From a bacterium (lineage in GTDB: Bacteria > Bacteroidota > Bacteroidia > Flavobacteriales_D > Crocinitomicaceae): 64,000 bases of DNA. The stretch is from positions 65,240 to 129,239 of the forward strand of contig JANSYQ010000006.1 of assembly GCA_024742305.1 (NCBI GenBank). Direction: 5' to 3'. Under the pieces are notes generated by a model, which was given only the letters and a program-made list of their open reading frames with translations, was not told the origin of the DNA and searched no databases. The position numbers were made by a program, and so were the translations under genes. Every line of letters begins with the position of its first letter. The first letter of the stretch is position 1. This document shows positions 56,301-64,000 of the stretch, piece after piece.

Positions 56301-57689
56301 CTTTCCTTCAATCAATTTCGGCTGGAACGACTGGATACCCAATCGGTGAAGCGTTGGTGCTCGGTTGAGGAGCACTGGGTGCCCTTTCAACACGTTTTCC
56401 AAAATGTCCCAAACAACCGGCTCTTTACGGTCTACAATTTTCTTCGCTGATTTCACCGTTTTTACAATTCCACGCTCAATCATCTTGCGAATAATGAACG
56501 GCTTGTAAAGCTCGGCAGCCATATCTTTTGGCAAACCACATTCGTGCAATTTCAAATCAGGTCCAACAACAATTACGGAACGTGCCGAATAATCTACACG
56601 TTTACCGAGCAAGTTTTGACGGAAACGACCTTGCTTTCCTTTTAGGGAATCAGAAAGTGATTTCAATGGTCGGTTCGACTCAGTTTTTACTGCTGACGAC
56701 TTACGAGAGTTATCAAACAATGAATCTACCGACTCCTGAAGCATACGCTTCTCGTTACGCAAGATTACTTCTGGCGCTTTAATTTCGATCAATCGCTTCA
56801 AACGGTTGTTACGGATAATCACACGACGGTAAAGGTCGTTCAAATCCGATGTCGCGAAACGACCACCATCTAGTGGCACCAATGGACGCAATTCTGGTGG
56901 AATTACAGGAACCACTTTCACGATCATCCACTCCGGACGGTTTTCAATACGCGTTTGAGATTCACGCATCGACTCTACCACCTGAAGACGCTTCAATGCT
57001 TCGTTCTTACGCTGCACAGAAGTTTCCGTGTTCGCTTGGTGACGTAGGTTGTATGAAGTTTCCTCCAAATCCATTGTACGCAACAAATCGTACAATGCTT
57101 CGGCACCCATCTTAGCGATGAATTTGTTTGGATCTGTGTCCTCTAGGTATTGGTTTTCTTTTGGAAGTTCATCCAAGATATCCAAGTACTCTTCTTCGGT
57201 CATGAAATCCAAACGCTCCAATGGTTCTCCGTCAGAGGCGTTAGCGATACCCGGCTGAATTACTACGTAACGTTCGTAGTAGATGATTTGATCCAACTTC
57301 TTTGTTGGCAAACCAAGCAAGTATCCAATTTTGTTCGGCAATGAACGGAAGTACCAAATGTGCGCCACTGGAACCACCAATGAGATGTGTCCCATACGCT
57401 CACGACGTACTTTCTTCTCTGTTACTTCAACACCACAACGGTCACACACGATTCCTTTATATCGGATTCGTTTGTATTTACCACAGTGACATTCGTAATC
57501 CTTCACAGGACCGAAGATACGCTCGCAGAACAAACCGTCTCTTTCCGGCTTGTACGTACGATAGTTTATTGTTTCAGGCTTAAGTACTTCACCACTTGAT
57601 TTCTCTAGGATGGATTCCGGGGAAGCCAAAGAGATCGTGATTTTATTGAAGCTACTTTGCTTTTTGGGTTGTTCTTTTCTGTAAGCCAT
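53400..57689 (-). CDS. rpoC: DNA-directed RNA polymerase subunit beta'
   Basis: 1429 aa. Zinc-finger [20 protein letters not shown] and catalytic NADFDGDQM. Confidence 0.99.
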   Translation of the reverse strand: MAYRKEQPKKQSSFNKITISLASPESILEKSSGEVLKPETINYRTYKPERDGLFCERIFGPVKDYECHCGKYKRIRYKGIVCDRCGVEVTEKKVRRERMGHISLVVPVAHIWYFRSLPNKIGYLLGLPTKKLDQIIYYERYVVIQPGIANASDGEPLERLDFMTEEEYLDILDELPKENQYLEDTDPNKFIAKMGAEALYDLLRTMDLEETSYNLRHQANTETSVQRKNEALKRLQVVESMRESQTRIENRPEWMIVKVVPVIPPELRPLVPLDGGRFATSDLNDLYRRVIIRNNRLKRLIEIKAPEVILRNEKRMLQESVDSLFDNSRKSSAVKTESNRPLKSLSDSLKGKQGRFRQNLLGKRVDYSARSVIVVGPDLKLHECGLPKDMAAELYKPFIIRKMIERGIVKTVKSAKKIVDRKEPVVWDILENVLKGHPVLLNRAPTLHRLGIQSFQPKLIEGKAIRLHPLVTTAFNADFDGDQMAVHLPLGNAAILEAQLLMLASHNILNPANGAPIAVPSQDMVLGLYYITKAKMSTKDVIVKGEGGTFYSPEEVIIAHNEGALDLHAAIKVKVKDLDENGELVVRMTETTCGRVLFNEKVPDEAGFINDVMTKKALRDMIGHVLNICGTARTAQFLDEIKELGYHMAFVGGLSFNLDDIIIPKEKVTLVEKAESDVNEVMMNYNMGLITNNERYNQIIDIWTHTNSRLTHTLMEQLKSDKQGFNSICMMYDSGARGSKEQIRQLSGMRGLMAKPQKSGASSQDIIENPILSNFKEGLSILEYFISTHGARKGLADTALKTADAGYLTRRLVDVAQDVVINSEDCGTLRGLVATALKKNDEVVEPLSDRIIGRAAVNDVYHPESDDILVESGEIITEAIAAKIEEADIEEVEIRSVLTCEMRRGVCSKCYGRNLSTRRDAQIGDSVGVIAAQSIGEPGTQLTLRTFHVGGTASNIADENDLKAKTAGTIEIDELRTIDFKDKEGKKKVVVVGRSAELKITDSKGNTTMNANIPYGAELMVKNGASLKKGDVICKWDPYNAVIITEATGKVVFENILEGITYREEVDEQTGFTEKVITETRDKKKMPAIHVIDPKSKEVLREYSLPVDAHISVKEGDSVEAGQILVKIPRKAGKSGDITGGLPRVTELFEARNPSNPAVVSEIDGVAEYGKIKRGNREIQITSKTGETRKYLVPLSKHILVQENDFVRAGQPLSVGAITPNDILNIEGPTAVQEYLVNEIQEVYRLQGVKINDKHFEVIVRQMMLKAQIVDPGDTKFLEGQSVHKADIMEENDAIYGMKVVTDAGESDSLKAGQIVSARKLRDENSQLKRADKKLIESRDAIPATSTPLLQGITRASLQTQSFISAASFQETTKVLNEAAISGKEDHLLGLKENVIVGHLIPAGTGFRQFQKMLVGSKAEMEEMVENAE

Positions 57690-57720
57690 AATTCTTTTCT
57701 TCTAAAATTGAATGCGATGA

Positions 57721-60700
57721 TTAGTCCATTGTTACGTCGAGACACAAACCTCTCAACTCGTGCAGCAATACATTGAATGATTCAGGAATTCCAGGTTCTG
57801 GAATGTTATCTCCTTTTACAATCGATTCGTATGCTTTTGCACGTCCCATGACATCATCGGACTTAATTGTCAAAATTTCCTGCAAGATGTTCGATGCACC
57901 GAAGGCCTCAAGAGCCCAAACCTCCATCTCACCAAAACGCTGACCTCCAAACTGAGCTTTACCTCCGAGTGGCTGCTGCGTAATAAGTGAGTAAGGTCCG
58001 ATAGAACGCGCGTGCATTTTATCATCAACCATGTGCGACAGTTTCAGCATGTAGATAATACCTACGGTTGCTGTTTGGTGGAAACGTTCTCCGGTTCCTC
58101 CGTCGTACAAGTATGTTTTTCCTGATGTAGGAACCCCGGCTTTCTCCGTGTACTCATCAATTTCTGATGGGTGTGCACCGTCGAAAATTGGTGTCGCGAA
58201 CTTCACTCCGAGTTTCTCTCCTGCCCAACCAAGTACAGTTTCGTAAATCTGTCCAAGGTTCATTCGAGAAGGTACCCCTAGTGGGTTCAATACGATATCT
58301 ACTGGTGTTCCGTCATCCAAGAATGGCATGTCTTCTTGACGTACGATGTTCGCAACGATACCTTTGTTACCGTGACGACCCGCCATCTTGTCTCCAACTT
58401 TCAACTTACGTTTCTTAGCCACGTAAACTTTCGCCATTTTGATGATTCCTGCTGGAAGCTCATCTCCAACGGAAATGTGGAATTTCTTACGCTTGTAAGT
58501 TCCCAACAAATCGTTTGACTTAATGTTGAAGTTATGGATTACACGTCCAATCAATGTGTTGATCTTCGCATCTTTTGTCCAGTTGGTAGGATTAACGATA
58601 GAGAAGTCAATCGCGTTCAAGTTACGAGTAGCGAACTTCGTACCCTTCTTAATGATTTCTTCTTTAAAGTTGTTGAATACACCTGCAGATTTCTCATCTC
58701 CAACGATTTCCAACAATTTTTCTACCAATACTGCTTTCAATGCAGCGTGCTCTTTATCGAACTCAGCATCAAGATTTTCCAAGATTGGTTTATCCTGCGC
58801 TTTCGCTTTACGATCTTTCACCGCACGTGAGAACAATTTCTTGTCGATTACCACTCCGCGAAGTGATGGACCTGCTTTCAAAGAGGCATCTTTTACATCA
58901 CCTGCTTTGTCACCGAAAATCGCACGAAGAAGTTTCTCTTCCGGAGAAGGATCTGTTTCCCCTTTTGGTGTAATCTTACCAATCAAGATGTCTCCTTCTT
59001 TGATCTCAGCTCCAATACGGATCAATCCGTGCTCGTCCAAGTCTTTGGTTGCATCCTCTGATACGTTTGGAATATCAGAAGTCAATTCCTCCATTCCTCG
59101 TTTTGTATCACGTACGTCCAAAGAGTACTCGTCGATGTGGATCGATGTAAAGATATCGTCACGTACTACACGCTCTGAAATCACGATCGCATCCTCAAAG
59201 TTGTATCCTTTCCAAGGCATGAAGGCTACTTTCAAGTTTTGACCAAGTGCCAATTCTCCTTGCTGAGTTGCATATCCTTCACACAATACTTGTCCTTTCT
59301 CTACCTTATCACCTTTCTGAACGATTGGCTTCAAGTTGATACAAGTACCTTGGTTTGTCTTCGCGAATTTTGTTAGAGGGTAACGCGTTACCTCGTCATC
59401 GAAACTTACCAAACGATCTTCTTTCGTCCAGTTGTAACGGATTACGATTTCGTTTGCATCCACGTATTCAACAACTCCCGTTCCTTCGGCGTTGATCAAT
59501 ACACGTGAATCTTTCGCTACCAACTCTTCAATTCCAGTTCCAACAATTGGCGACTGCGGGCGCAATAATGGTACCGCCTGACGCTGCATGTTTGATCCCA
59601 TCAAGGCACGGTTCGCATCATCGTGCTCAAGGAATGGAATAGATGATGCCGCGATAGACGCAATTTGGTTTGCACCAACGTCCATCAAGCTCAACTTGTC
59701 TGGCTCCACAACTGGGAAGTCGTGACCCAAACGTGCTTTAACAACATCAGTAAGGAAGTTTCCTTTGTCATCTACTTGCGCATTTGCTTGAGCGATGATT
59801 TTTTCGTCTTCTTCCTCTGCTGATAAATATATTGGCTCGGATTTCGTATCTACTTTTCCTTTGCTTACCGAACGGTAAGGAGTTTCAATGAATCCAAGTT
59901 TGTTGACTTTCGCGAATACACACAAAGAAGAGATCAAACCAATGTTCGGTCCTTCCGGTGTTTCAATCGTACACAAACGACCGTAGTGCGTGTAGTGAAC
60001 GTCACGAACCTCGAACCCTGCTCTTTCACGGGAAAGACCTCCAGGCCCTAGTGCTGATAGACGACGCTTGTGCGTTACCTCAGACAGTGGGTTCGTTTGA
60101 TCCATGAACTGTGATAGCTGGTTGGTTCCGAAGAACGAGTTAATCACGGATGACAAAGTCTTCGCGTTAATCAAGTCGATTGGTGTAAAGACCTCGTTGT
60201 CACGAACGTTCATGCGCTCACGGATAGTACGTGCCATACGTGCCAAACCAACTCCGAACTGAGAGTACAATTGTTCTCCTACTGTTCTTACACGACGGTT
60301 TGACAAGTGATCGATATCATCCACATCTGCCTTTGAGTTAATCAACTCGATCAAGTACTTGATGATGGAAATGATATCCGCTTTTGTAAGTACACGTGAA
60401 GTTTCCTCCATGTTTACTTTCAACTTCTTGTTCAATCGGAAACGACCTACTTCACCCAAATCGTAACGAGTGTCTGAGAAGAACAACTTCTCGAATACTC
60501 CCTTGGCAGTTTCGTAATCAGGTGGTTCAGCATTACGCAATTGACGGTAGATGTGCTCTACTGCTTCTTTTTCAGAGTTCGACGTATCTTTCTGAAGCGT
60601 ATTATAAATAATAGTGAAGTCTGCTGTGTTGATGTCTTCTTTGTGCAAGATTACGTTCTTAGCACCAGAATCAACGATCAATTCGATGTGCTCTTCTTCA

Positions 60701-61539
60701 AGAACCGTCTCACGATCTAGCAATACTTCGTTACGCTCGATGGATACAACTTCTCCTGTATCTTCATCTACGAAATCTTCTACCCATGATTTCAATACAC
60801 GTGCAGCGAGTTTACGACCGATAGCCTTTTTCAAGTTTGTTTTGGTCGCTTTCACTTCGTCTGCAAGGTCGAAGATTTCCAAAATATCTTTGTCACTCTC
60901 GTAACCAACTGCACGGAACAATGTGGTAACCGGAAGCTTTTTCTTACGGTCGATGTATGCGTACATCACACTGTTGATATCCGTTGCAAATTCGATCCAT
61001 GAACCTTTGAAAGGAATCACACGAGCCGAATACAACTTGGTTCCATTGGCATGGTGACTTTGTCCGAAGAACACTCCCGGAGAACGGTGCAATTGAGAAA
61101 CGATAACACGTTCTGCTCCGTTTACCACGAATGATCCTTTCGGAGTCATATATGGAATTGTACCTAAGTACACGTCCTGCACGATAGTTTCAAAATCTTC
61201 GTGTTCCGGATCGGTACAGTACAATTTTAATTTTGCTTTTAGTGGGACACTGTATGTCAATCCACGGTCGATACACTCGTCGATCGTATAACGCGGTGGG
61301 TCGATAAAGTAGTCCAAAAATTCCAATACGAATTGGTTTCGCGTATCGGTGATTGGGAAGTTTTCAGAGAAAACTTTAAATAATCCTTCGCTTTCGCGGT
61401 TCTCAGGTGTTGTTTCCAACTGGAAGAACTCCTGGAAGGATTTTAATTGAATATCCAAAAAGTCCGGGTACCCAAATGGATTTTTGCTTGACGCAAAATT
61501 CACTCTTTTCGATGTATTGTTTGATGTTGCCAAGGCCAA
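57721..61539 (-). CDS. rpoB: DNA-directed RNA polymerase subunit beta
   Basis: 1272 aa. ..[24 protein letters not shown].., ..[12 protein letters not shown]... The only possible start near the conserved N-terminus is TTG (61539 or 61533), because an in-frame TAA lies 3 codons upstream. Confidence 0.98.
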   Translation of the reverse strand: MALATSNNTSKRVNFASSKNPFGYPDFLDIQLKSFQEFFQLETTPENRESEGLFKVFSENFPITDTRNQFVLEFLDYFIDPPRYTIDECIDRGLTYSVPLKAKLKLYCTDPEHEDFETIVQDVYLGTIPYMTPKGSFVVNGAERVIVSQLHRSPGVFFGQSHHANGTKLYSARVIPFKGSWIEFATDINSVMYAYIDRKKKLPVTTLFRAVGYESDKDILEIFDLADEVKATKTNLKKAIGRKLAARVLKSWVEDFVDEDTGEVVSIERNEVLLDRETVLEEEHIELIVDSGAKNVILHKEDINTADFTIIYNTLQKDTSNSEKEAVEHIYRQLRNAEPPDYETAKGVFEKLFFSDTRYDLGEVGRFRLNKKLKVNMEETSRVLTKADIISIIKYLIELINSKADVDDIDHLSNRRVRTVGEQLYSQFGVGLARMARTIRERMNVRDNEVFTPIDLINAKTLSSVINSFFGTNQLSQFMDQTNPLSEVTHKRRLSALGPGGLSRERAGFEVRDVHYTHYGRLCTIETPEGPNIGLISSLCVFAKVNKLGFIETPYRSVSKGKVDTKSEPIYLSAEEEDEKIIAQANAQVDDKGNFLTDVVKARLGHDFPVVEPDKLSLMDVGANQIASIAASSIPFLEHDDANRALMGSNMQRQAVPLLRPQSPIVGTGIEELVAKDSRVLINAEGTGVVEYVDANEIVIRYNWTKEDRLVSFDDEVTRYPLTKFAKTNQGTCINLKPIVQKGDKVEKGQVLCEGYATQQGELALGQNLKVAFMPWKGYNFEDAIVISERVVRDDIFTSIHIDEYSLDVRDTKRGMEELTSDIPNVSEDATKDLDEHGLIRIGAEIKEGDILIGKITPKGETDPSPEEKLLRAIFGDKAGDVKDASLKAGPSLRGVVIDKKLFSRAVKDRKAKAQDKPILENLDAEFDKEHAALKAVLVEKLLEIVGDEKSAGVFNNFKEEIIKKGTKFATRNLNAIDFSIVNPTNWTKDAKINTLIGRVIHNFNIKSNDLLGTYKRKKFHISVGDELPAGIIKMAKVYVAKKRKLKVGDKMAGRHGNKGIVANIVRQEDMPFLDDGTPVDIVLNPLGVPSRMNLGQIYETVLGWAGEKLGVKFATPIFDGAHPSEIDEYTEKAGVPTSGKTYLYDGGTGERFHQTATVGIIYMLKLSHMVDDKMHARSIGPYSLITQQPLGGKAQFGGQRFGEMEVWALEAFGASNILQEILTIKSDDVMGRAKAYESIVKGDNIPEPGIPESFNVLLHELRGLCLDVTMD

Positions 61540-61551
61540 ACGATTTTAGTG

Positions 61552-61638
61552 AAAAAATTTGGTGCTTTTCAGCACTAAGTTCAGGTGATTTGAAACCCCT
61601 CGGTTTAATACAGGAATAGGCATCCCGAAATTTCGGGA
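61552..61638 (-). promoter_or_regulatory. hairpin-rich rplL-rpoB intergenic region (possible attenuator)
   Basis: Minus strand has the palindrome TCCCGAAATTTCGGGA (61623-61638), then AAACC-GAGG-GGTTT, then GTGCT-GAAA-AGCAC (61562-61575) followed by CAAATTTTTT. Confidence 0.35.
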
Positions 61639-61666
61639 CACCTTTCCTTAAAAGATTATGTGGATC

Positions 61667-62044
61667 TTACTTGATCTCAACTTCAGCTCCAGCCTCTTCA
61701 AGAGACTTTTTCAAGCCTTCTGCTTCGTCTTTAGCTACACCTTCTTTCAAAGTAGCTGGTGCGCTATCAACCATTTCTTTTGCTTCTTTCAATCCTGCAC
61801 CAGTCAATTCTTTAACTAGTTTTACTACAGCAAGTTTAGATCCTCCTGCAGCTTTCAAGATTACGTCGAATTCAGACTTCTCCTCAGCAGCTTCACCACC
61901 TCCGGCAGCAGCACCACCAGCAACAGCAACAGCTGCAGCAGCAGGTTCAATTCCGTATTCTTCTTTCAAAATGTTAGCAAGTTCGTTAACGTCTTTTACT
62001 GTCAAGTTAACCAACGCTTCTGCCATTTCTTTCAAATCAGCCAT
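61667..62044 (-). CDS. rplL: 50S ribosomal protein L7/L12
   Basis: Ala/Gly/Glu hinge and C-terminal ..[32 protein letters not shown]. Confidence 0.98.
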   Translation of the reverse strand: MADLKEMAEALVNLTVKDVNELANILKEEYGIEPAAAAVAVAGGAAAGGGEAAEEKSEFDVILKAAGGSKLAVVKLVKELTGAGLKEAKEMVDSAPATLKEGVAKDEAEGLKKSLEEAGAEVEIK

Positions 62045-62124
62045 TTTATTAAAATTTAAATAGGTTCTTAAAAAATTATTTTTTGTTTTTGTTCATCGCC
62101 TTCGCTAAAGCTTCGGCGCGGAAA

Positions 62125-62646
62125 CTATGCTCTTTCTTCGAGCGTTTTTAGGATGCCAGCCAATTTACCTCCGGCACCTTTAAGTCCAGAAACAACGTTC
62201 TTCGCAGGACTTTGAAGCAATGTGATAATTTCACCAAGCAATTCTTCTTTGGACTTGATTTCAGAAAGCATTGTCAATTGGTCATCGCCAATGTAAACTC
62301 CTTCGTCAATCCAAGCTCCTTTAAGAATCGGCTTCTCTGATTTCTTACGAAAATCTTTGATCAGCTTTGCTGGTCCATTACCTGCTTCTGCGAACATAAT
62401 TGAAGTTGCGCCTTTCAACGTTTCTTTCAATTCTCCGAAGTCTTTGTCTTCTACTTTGTTCATTGCTTTCTCAAGCAAGGTGTTTTTTACAACACGCATT
62501 TGAACGTTTGCGTTGAAGGCTTTACGACGAAGGTTGTTCACTGTCTCTACAGTTAATTCCGCTGTATCTGTCAGATAGATAACATTGTTCTCAGATAGTT
62601 GAGCCGCCAAGTCATCTATATACTTTGCTTTTTCTTCTCTTGTCAT
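62125..62646 (-). CDS. rplJ: 50S ribosomal protein L10
   Basis: 173 aa in the conserved position between rplA and rplL. ..LTVETVNNLRRK.. is typical of L10. Confidence 0.95.
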   Translation of the reverse strand: MTREEKAKYIDDLAAQLSENNVIYLTDTAELTVETVNNLRRKAFNANVQMRVVKNTLLEKAMNKVEDKDFGELKETLKGATSIMFAEAGNGPAKLIKDFRKKSEKPILKGAWIDEGVYIGDDQLTMLSEIKSKEELLGEIITLLQSPAKNVVSGLKGAGGKLAGILKTLEERA

Positions 62647-62657
62647 ATCAATACGAT

Positions 62658-63353
62658 TTAAGCAATTAGTGACTTAGTATCAATCTGAATACTAGGACTC
62701 ATTGTTGAGCTAATGTAAGCGCTTTTGATATACGTACCTTTTGCAGCAGACGGCTTCAATTTGATCAATTGCTTAATCAATTCGTCAGCATTCTCAGTGA
62801 TTTTCGCACCGTCGAAGCTTGCCTTTGCTACCATAGCGTGTACAATACCGTATTTATCCACTTTAAAGTCGATTTTACCAGCTTTTACATCTTCTACCGC
62901 TTTCGCAACGTCCATTGTTACCGTTCCAGTTTTCGGGTTCGGCATAAGTCCACGTGGTCCTAGAATACGACCCAATGCACCAACTTTCCCCATACACGCT
63001 GGCATAGTAATAATAACGTCGATATCAGTCCAACCTCCTTTGATTTTAGTGATGTATTCATCCAAACCTACGTGATCGGCACCAGCTGCTTTTGCTTCCT
63101 CCTCCTTGTCAGGAGTACAAAGAACCAAGACTTTTACATCTTTTCCGGTTCCGTGTGGCAACGCAACAGTCCCACGTACCATTTGATTCGCTTTACGCGG
63201 GTCTACACCCAAACGAATACTTACGTCAACTGAGGCATCAAATTTAGTGGTTGACACTTCCTTAACCAAGTCACATGCTTCAGCTAAGGTATAAGCCTTG
63301 CTAGAATCGATCTTCGCAAGAGCTTCTTTTCTCTTTTTAGATACTCTTCCCAT
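62658..63353 (-). CDS. rplA: 50S ribosomal protein L1
   Basis: ..[25 protein letters not shown]...LPHGTGK.. are L1 hallmarks. Confidence 0.97.
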   Translation of the reverse strand: MGRVSKKRKEALAKIDSSKAYTLAEACDLVKEVSTTKFDASVDVSIRLGVDPRKANQMVRGTVALPHGTGKDVKVLVLCTPDKEEEAKAAGADHVGLDEYITKIKGGWTDIDVIITMPACMGKVGALGRILGPRGLMPNPKTGTVTMDVAKAVEDVKAGKIDFKVDKYGIVHAMVAKASFDGAKITENADELIKQLIKLKPSAAKGTYIKSAYISSTMSPSIQIDTKSLIA

Positions 63354-63364
63354 AACTGTAATGA

Positions 63365-63811
63365 TTATTTGGTTTCGGGTGGTGTTCCACCTTTTACATT
63401 CACTCCCATTGAACGAGCTGTACCGGCAACCATGCGCATTGCAGAGTCAACAGTAAAACAGTTCATGTCTGGCAACTTATCTTCTGCTACTTCACGAACT
63501 TGGTCCCATGAAACAGTTCCTACTTTTGAGCGGTTCGGCTCAGAGGATCCTTTTTTCAATTTTCCTTTTTCGAGAATTTGCACCGCTGCCGGTGGAGTTT
63601 TAATTACGAAATCAAAGGATTTGTCACCGTAAACGGTGATTACTACTGGTAAAACCTTTCCTGCTTTCTCCTGCGTACGAGCATTAAACTGCTTGCAGAA
63701 CTCCATGATGTTTACCCCTTTCGCACCAAGCGCGGGACCAACTGGAGGAGCTGGATTGGCTGCACCACCTCTGATCTGTAATTTGATCAAACCTGCTACT
63801 TCTTTAGCCAT
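63365..63811 (-). CDS. rplK: 50S ribosomal protein L11
   Basis: ..[36 protein letters not shown].. is the canonical L11 N-terminus. Confidence 0.98.
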   Translation of the reverse strand: MAKEVAGLIKLQIRGGAANPAPPVGPALGAKGVNIMEFCKQFNARTQEKAGKVLPVVITVYGDKSFDFVIKTPPAAVQILEKGKLKKGSSEPNRSKVGTVSWDQVREVAEDKLPDMNCFTVDSAMRMVAGTARSMGVNVKGGTPPETK

Positions 63812-63894
63812 TTGTTTTGATTTGTGTAGTACTAACGTGGATCTTCACGGGAAGCTTTAATCGTGTTCCCCACTCCTACGGGTTAATAAACTTT

Positions 63895-64000
63895 TTATTC
63901 TTTTTCTACTTGCATGTAGCTAAGCTCCAGCAAGTTTTTACGTCCAAATATTTTTACCATTACTTTCAACTTCTTCTTCTCTTCGTTGATTTCATCAATC
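63895..64000 (-). CDS. nusG: transcription termination/antitermination protein NusG, C-terminal fragment (runs off the right window edge)
   Basis: My own translation of the minus strand gives ..IDEINEEKKKLKVMVKIFGRKNLLELSYMQVEKE*. This matches the NusG KOW-domain C-terminus (E. coli ..[28 protein letters not shown]). It is not in the ORF track because it is shorter than 60 aa. Its position upstream of rplK is conserved. Confidence 0.85.
   Translation of the reverse strand, partial: IDEINEEKKKLKVMVKIFGRKNLLELSYMQVEKE

Noticed and set aside
58523-59242. 239-aa plus-strand ORF inside rpoB; also 55575..56177 (200 aa) and others inside rpoC
   Set aside because: They are antisense to universally conserved polymerase genes, and no stop codons arise there simply because of codon bias.
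61671-62063. 130-aa plus-strand ORF mirroring rplL
   Set aside because: It is the Ala/Ser/Pro-rich mirror frame of the Ala/Gly/Glu-rich L7/L12 gene, a classic shadow ORF.
62647-62657. Ribosomal protein L10 leader upstream of rplJ
   Set aside because: Only 11 nt separate rplA and rplJ, which leaves no space for a structured leader.
1-64000. Mobile elements, rRNA/tRNA genes, restriction-modification, toxin-antitoxin or known defence systems
   Set aside because: I found no transposase, integrase or recombinase motifs, no tRNA-like T-arm sequences in any intergenic region, and no nuclease/methylase/ATPase combinations typical of defence islands in any of the supported ORFs.

Overview
This window looks like a Bacteroidota (probably Flavobacteriia-type) chromosomal segment. 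The evidence is many type-A T9SS C-terminal sorting domains, TAnnTTTG -7 promoter boxes, no Shine-Dalgarno dependence and tightly packed operons. The right end is the conserved nusG(partial)-rplK-rplA-rplJ-rplL-rpoB-rpoC block. The middle is mostly housekeeping: ahcY, hemH, upp, rlmB, lipA, lpdA, coaE, rny and zapA, plus an S46 peptidase, an M23 peptidase, a ZIP transporter and a PAP2 phosphatase. An ~11-kb Wzx/Wzy-type surface-polysaccharide locus lies at 36.2-47.2 kb. It has four strand switches, two Wzy/O-antigen-ligase-like genes and an embedded ArsR-type regulator. The least ordinary part is at 1.4-11.2 kb. A 2087-aa T9SS adhesin (tandem repeats, HYR modules, a lamin-tail-like insert, a NIDO-like module) and a 428-aa T9SS protein share a ~225-aa N-terminal head domain. 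Between them sit a phage-tail-collar (MdpB-type) protein and a signal-peptide-less PBP-fold protein. Other notable items are two tandem M43 T9SS metalloprotease paralogs and a SiaB/SiaC-like kinase/phosphoprotein pair operonic with coaE. There is also a sequence-conserved family of GNRA-looped terminators, and AGAC heptanucleotide arrays in two convergent-gene junctions. I saw no rRNA, tRNA, CRISPR array, transposase or integrase. All family assignments come from motif recognition by eye, not from database searches.
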